Under the pieces are notes generated by a model. It was not told the origin of the DNA and did not search any database. It saw nothing but the letters and a program-made list of their open reading frames with translations. Below are positions 62,598 to 64,000 of a DNA stretch of 64,000 nt, in pieces. This stretch comes from Hyphomonadaceae bacterium (lineage in GTDB: Bacteria; Pseudomonadota; Alphaproteobacteria; Caulobacterales; Hyphomonadaceae). The first letter of the stretch is position 1; each line of letters starts with the position of its first letter. The position numbers were made by a program, and so were the translations under genes. The stretch spans positions 3,973 to 67,972 of the forward strand of contig JBGAKC010000026.1 in NCBI GenBank assembly GCA_044224605.1. Direction: 5' to 3'.

Positions 62598-63824
62598 CTA
62601 CCGCACGACCTTGAGGCGGCGCGGCGACTTGCGGCCGGGGCGGCGTGCAGCCGAGGCGGCGCGTTTCTCGACGACCGAGTACATCGTGGTCCAGGCCTGA
62701 TCTTCGACAGCGATCGTTTCCGTCTCGCCGAAGCCGTTGAACCTGGTCTGCATGGCGACGCCATAGGCGCCGAGCATGCCAATCTCGATGTAGTCGCCTT
62801 CGCGGATGTCAGTGGGGAGGACGAAGGGTCCTTCCATCGCATCCAGCGAGTCGCAGGTCGGGCCGTAGAGCTTGAAGCCCTGCTGCTCGCCGGCTTCGAA
62901 CTCGCCATCCGGGCGGTGAGCCTTCACGGGGAAGGGCCACTTGCAGTGGGCGGCGTCGAACAGGTTGCCGTAGCTGCCATCGTTGATGTGCAGAGCCCCA
63001 TCCTTCACCAGCTCGACGCGGGCGAGAATGGAGGTCGATTCCGCAACAATCGCGCGGCCGGGTTCGCACCACAGCTTAGCGTTCATGGCGACCGGCATGC
63101 CCTCGAAGGCCGACTTGATGACCTTCACATAGAGCTCGAGGTCCGGCGGCGTCATGCCCGGATAGGCCGACGGGAAGCCGCCGCCCACATCCACGATGTC
63201 CACGATGACGCCCGCCTTCACGATGATGCGGGACGCGAGGTCCATCGCATCGCGGAAGGCCGACGGGTTCATGCATTGCGAACCGACGTGGAAGGAGACG
63301 CCGAGATTGTCGGCATAGCCGCGCGCCTTCTGGAGAAGGGGAGCAGCGGCTTCTTCCGAAACGCCGAACTTGTTCGACAGCGCATAGACCGCATCAGCGT
63401 TGTTGACCGCGAGCCGCACCACGAGGGTGAGGTCGTCGGCACGCTGCGTGGCCGCGACGATCTTCTCGAGCTCGGCTTCGCAGTCGAGCGAGAAGGTGCG
63501 GACGCCATGCTCGAAATAGGCGCGCTCGATGGCCTTGCGCGACTTCACCGGGTGCATGAACGCCAGCTTCGCGTCAGGATAGCGCGACGTGACGAGCTTG
63601 ATCTCTTCTTCCGAAGCGACGTCGAACCCGCGTAGGCCTGAAGCGTAATACGCGTCGAGCGCCCACGGCGAGGGGTTCGCCTTTACTGCGTAAAGAACTT
63701 CGCCTGGAAAGTTATCCCTGAACCAATTGGCGGCTACCGAAACCCGTTCCGGACGCACAGCGGCGACCGGCTTTTCTGGGAGTCGTTCCCGGACCAGGTC
63801 CAGGGGCGTATGGAACGTGAGCAA
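62598..63824 (-). CDS. Type III (alanine-racemase fold) PLP-dependent decarboxylase, ornithine/lysine decarboxylase-like
   Basis: PLP-lysine region EVLYAVKANPSPWAL, HVGSQ, DVGGGFP and YGPTCDSLD motifs. Confidence 0.9.
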   Translation of the reverse strand: MLTFHTPLDLVRERLPEKPVAAVRPERVSVAANWFRDNFPGEVLYAVKANPSPWALDAYYASGLRGFDVASEEEIKLVTSRYPDAKLAFMHPVKSRKAIERAYFEHGVRTFSLDCEAELEKIVAATQRADDLTLVVRLAVNNADAVYALSNKFGVSEEAAAPLLQKARGYADNLGVSFHVGSQCMNPSAFRDAMDLASRIIVKAGVIVDIVDVGGGFPSAYPGMTPPDLELYVKVIKSAFEGMPVAMNAKLWCEPGRAIVAESTSILARVELVKDGALHINDGSYGNLFDAAHCKWPFPVKAHRPDGEFEAGEQQGFKLYGPTCDSLDAMEGPFVLPTDIREGDYIEIGMLGAYGVAMQTRFNGFGETETIAVEDQAWTTMYSVVEKRAASAARRPGRKSPRRLKVVR

Positions 63825-64000
63825 TTCACGTACACCCCTGCTAGATTGTTGAACCCAATCCGGCGTTAGTACGGGCCTTCAACTCGTTAAGTCTGCCTCT
63901 CAACCCGCACACGTCATCCGAACCACAAAGTCAGGTGTCAGACGCCACGTGGAATCAAGGCGCAGAGCCTCGAGCCGATGTCCGCCGGCGCGATGTATAT

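Noticed and set aside
61977-63635. 552-aa ORF on the plus strand
   Set aside because: It is antisense to the DHS-like and ODC-like genes, both of which carry diagnostic motifs, and its composition is low-complexity.

Overview
This is a high-GC, gene-dense chromosomal segment of alphaproteobacterial type. The lineage call rests on a two-piece permuted tmRNA, an SspB-alpha homologue, and the rodZ-like/ispG, prmC/DUF4167 and hflKC arrangements.

About 70 protein genes lie on both strands, and most are housekeeping:
- Replication and central metabolism: ligA (3' part), lysC, ptsP, ispG, ald.
- Quinone and redox: ubiG, and coq7 coupled to dsbB.
- Folate and queuosine: thyA and folA separated by a small Ala/Pro-rich lipoprotein and a yhhQ-like gene; queF.
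- Transport and envelope: a 959-aa TonB-dependent receptor, aqpZ, bioY, a Kef-type antiporter, a TorF-type porin.
- Others: apbC/mrp, hflK/hflC, prmC.
- Sulfur-flavoured block: YafY regulator, GST, a cysteine-synthase/glutaredoxin fusion and an alkylsulfatase.
- Polyamine pair: a deoxyhypusine-synthase-like gene next to an ornithine-decarboxylase-like gene.

RNA genes are one tRNA-Leu(CAA) and one circularly permuted tmRNA with tag ANDNFAQDQALAA. The only mobile element is a ~1.37-kb IS110/IS1111-type insertion that has split a small ORF. I see no rRNA, CRISPR array, prophage or recognisable defence island, and I cannot point to a clear-cut new multi-gene system.

The observations I rate highest:
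1. The IS carries a long 3' non-coding arm containing short segments that match its own insertion junction, making it a guide (bridge/seek) RNA candidate.
2. A 26-codon ORF with a 13-nt perfect Shine-Dalgarno sequence, followed by hairpins and a strong terminator, sits upstream of a Tat-signal flavin amine oxidase.
3. A DUF3445 (oxidative N-demethylase family) gene is translationally coupled to a Mug-like glycosylase with an altered catalytic motif, followed by a TetR gene.
4. A tight operon combines a PLP enzyme, a cytochrome P450 and an unknown gene.
5. The CysK-glutaredoxin fusion lies downstream of an ~740-bp unassigned region.

Many long ORFs in the six-frame track are antisense GC artefacts and were rejected. 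All functional calls rest on motif recognition by eye. No database search was run.
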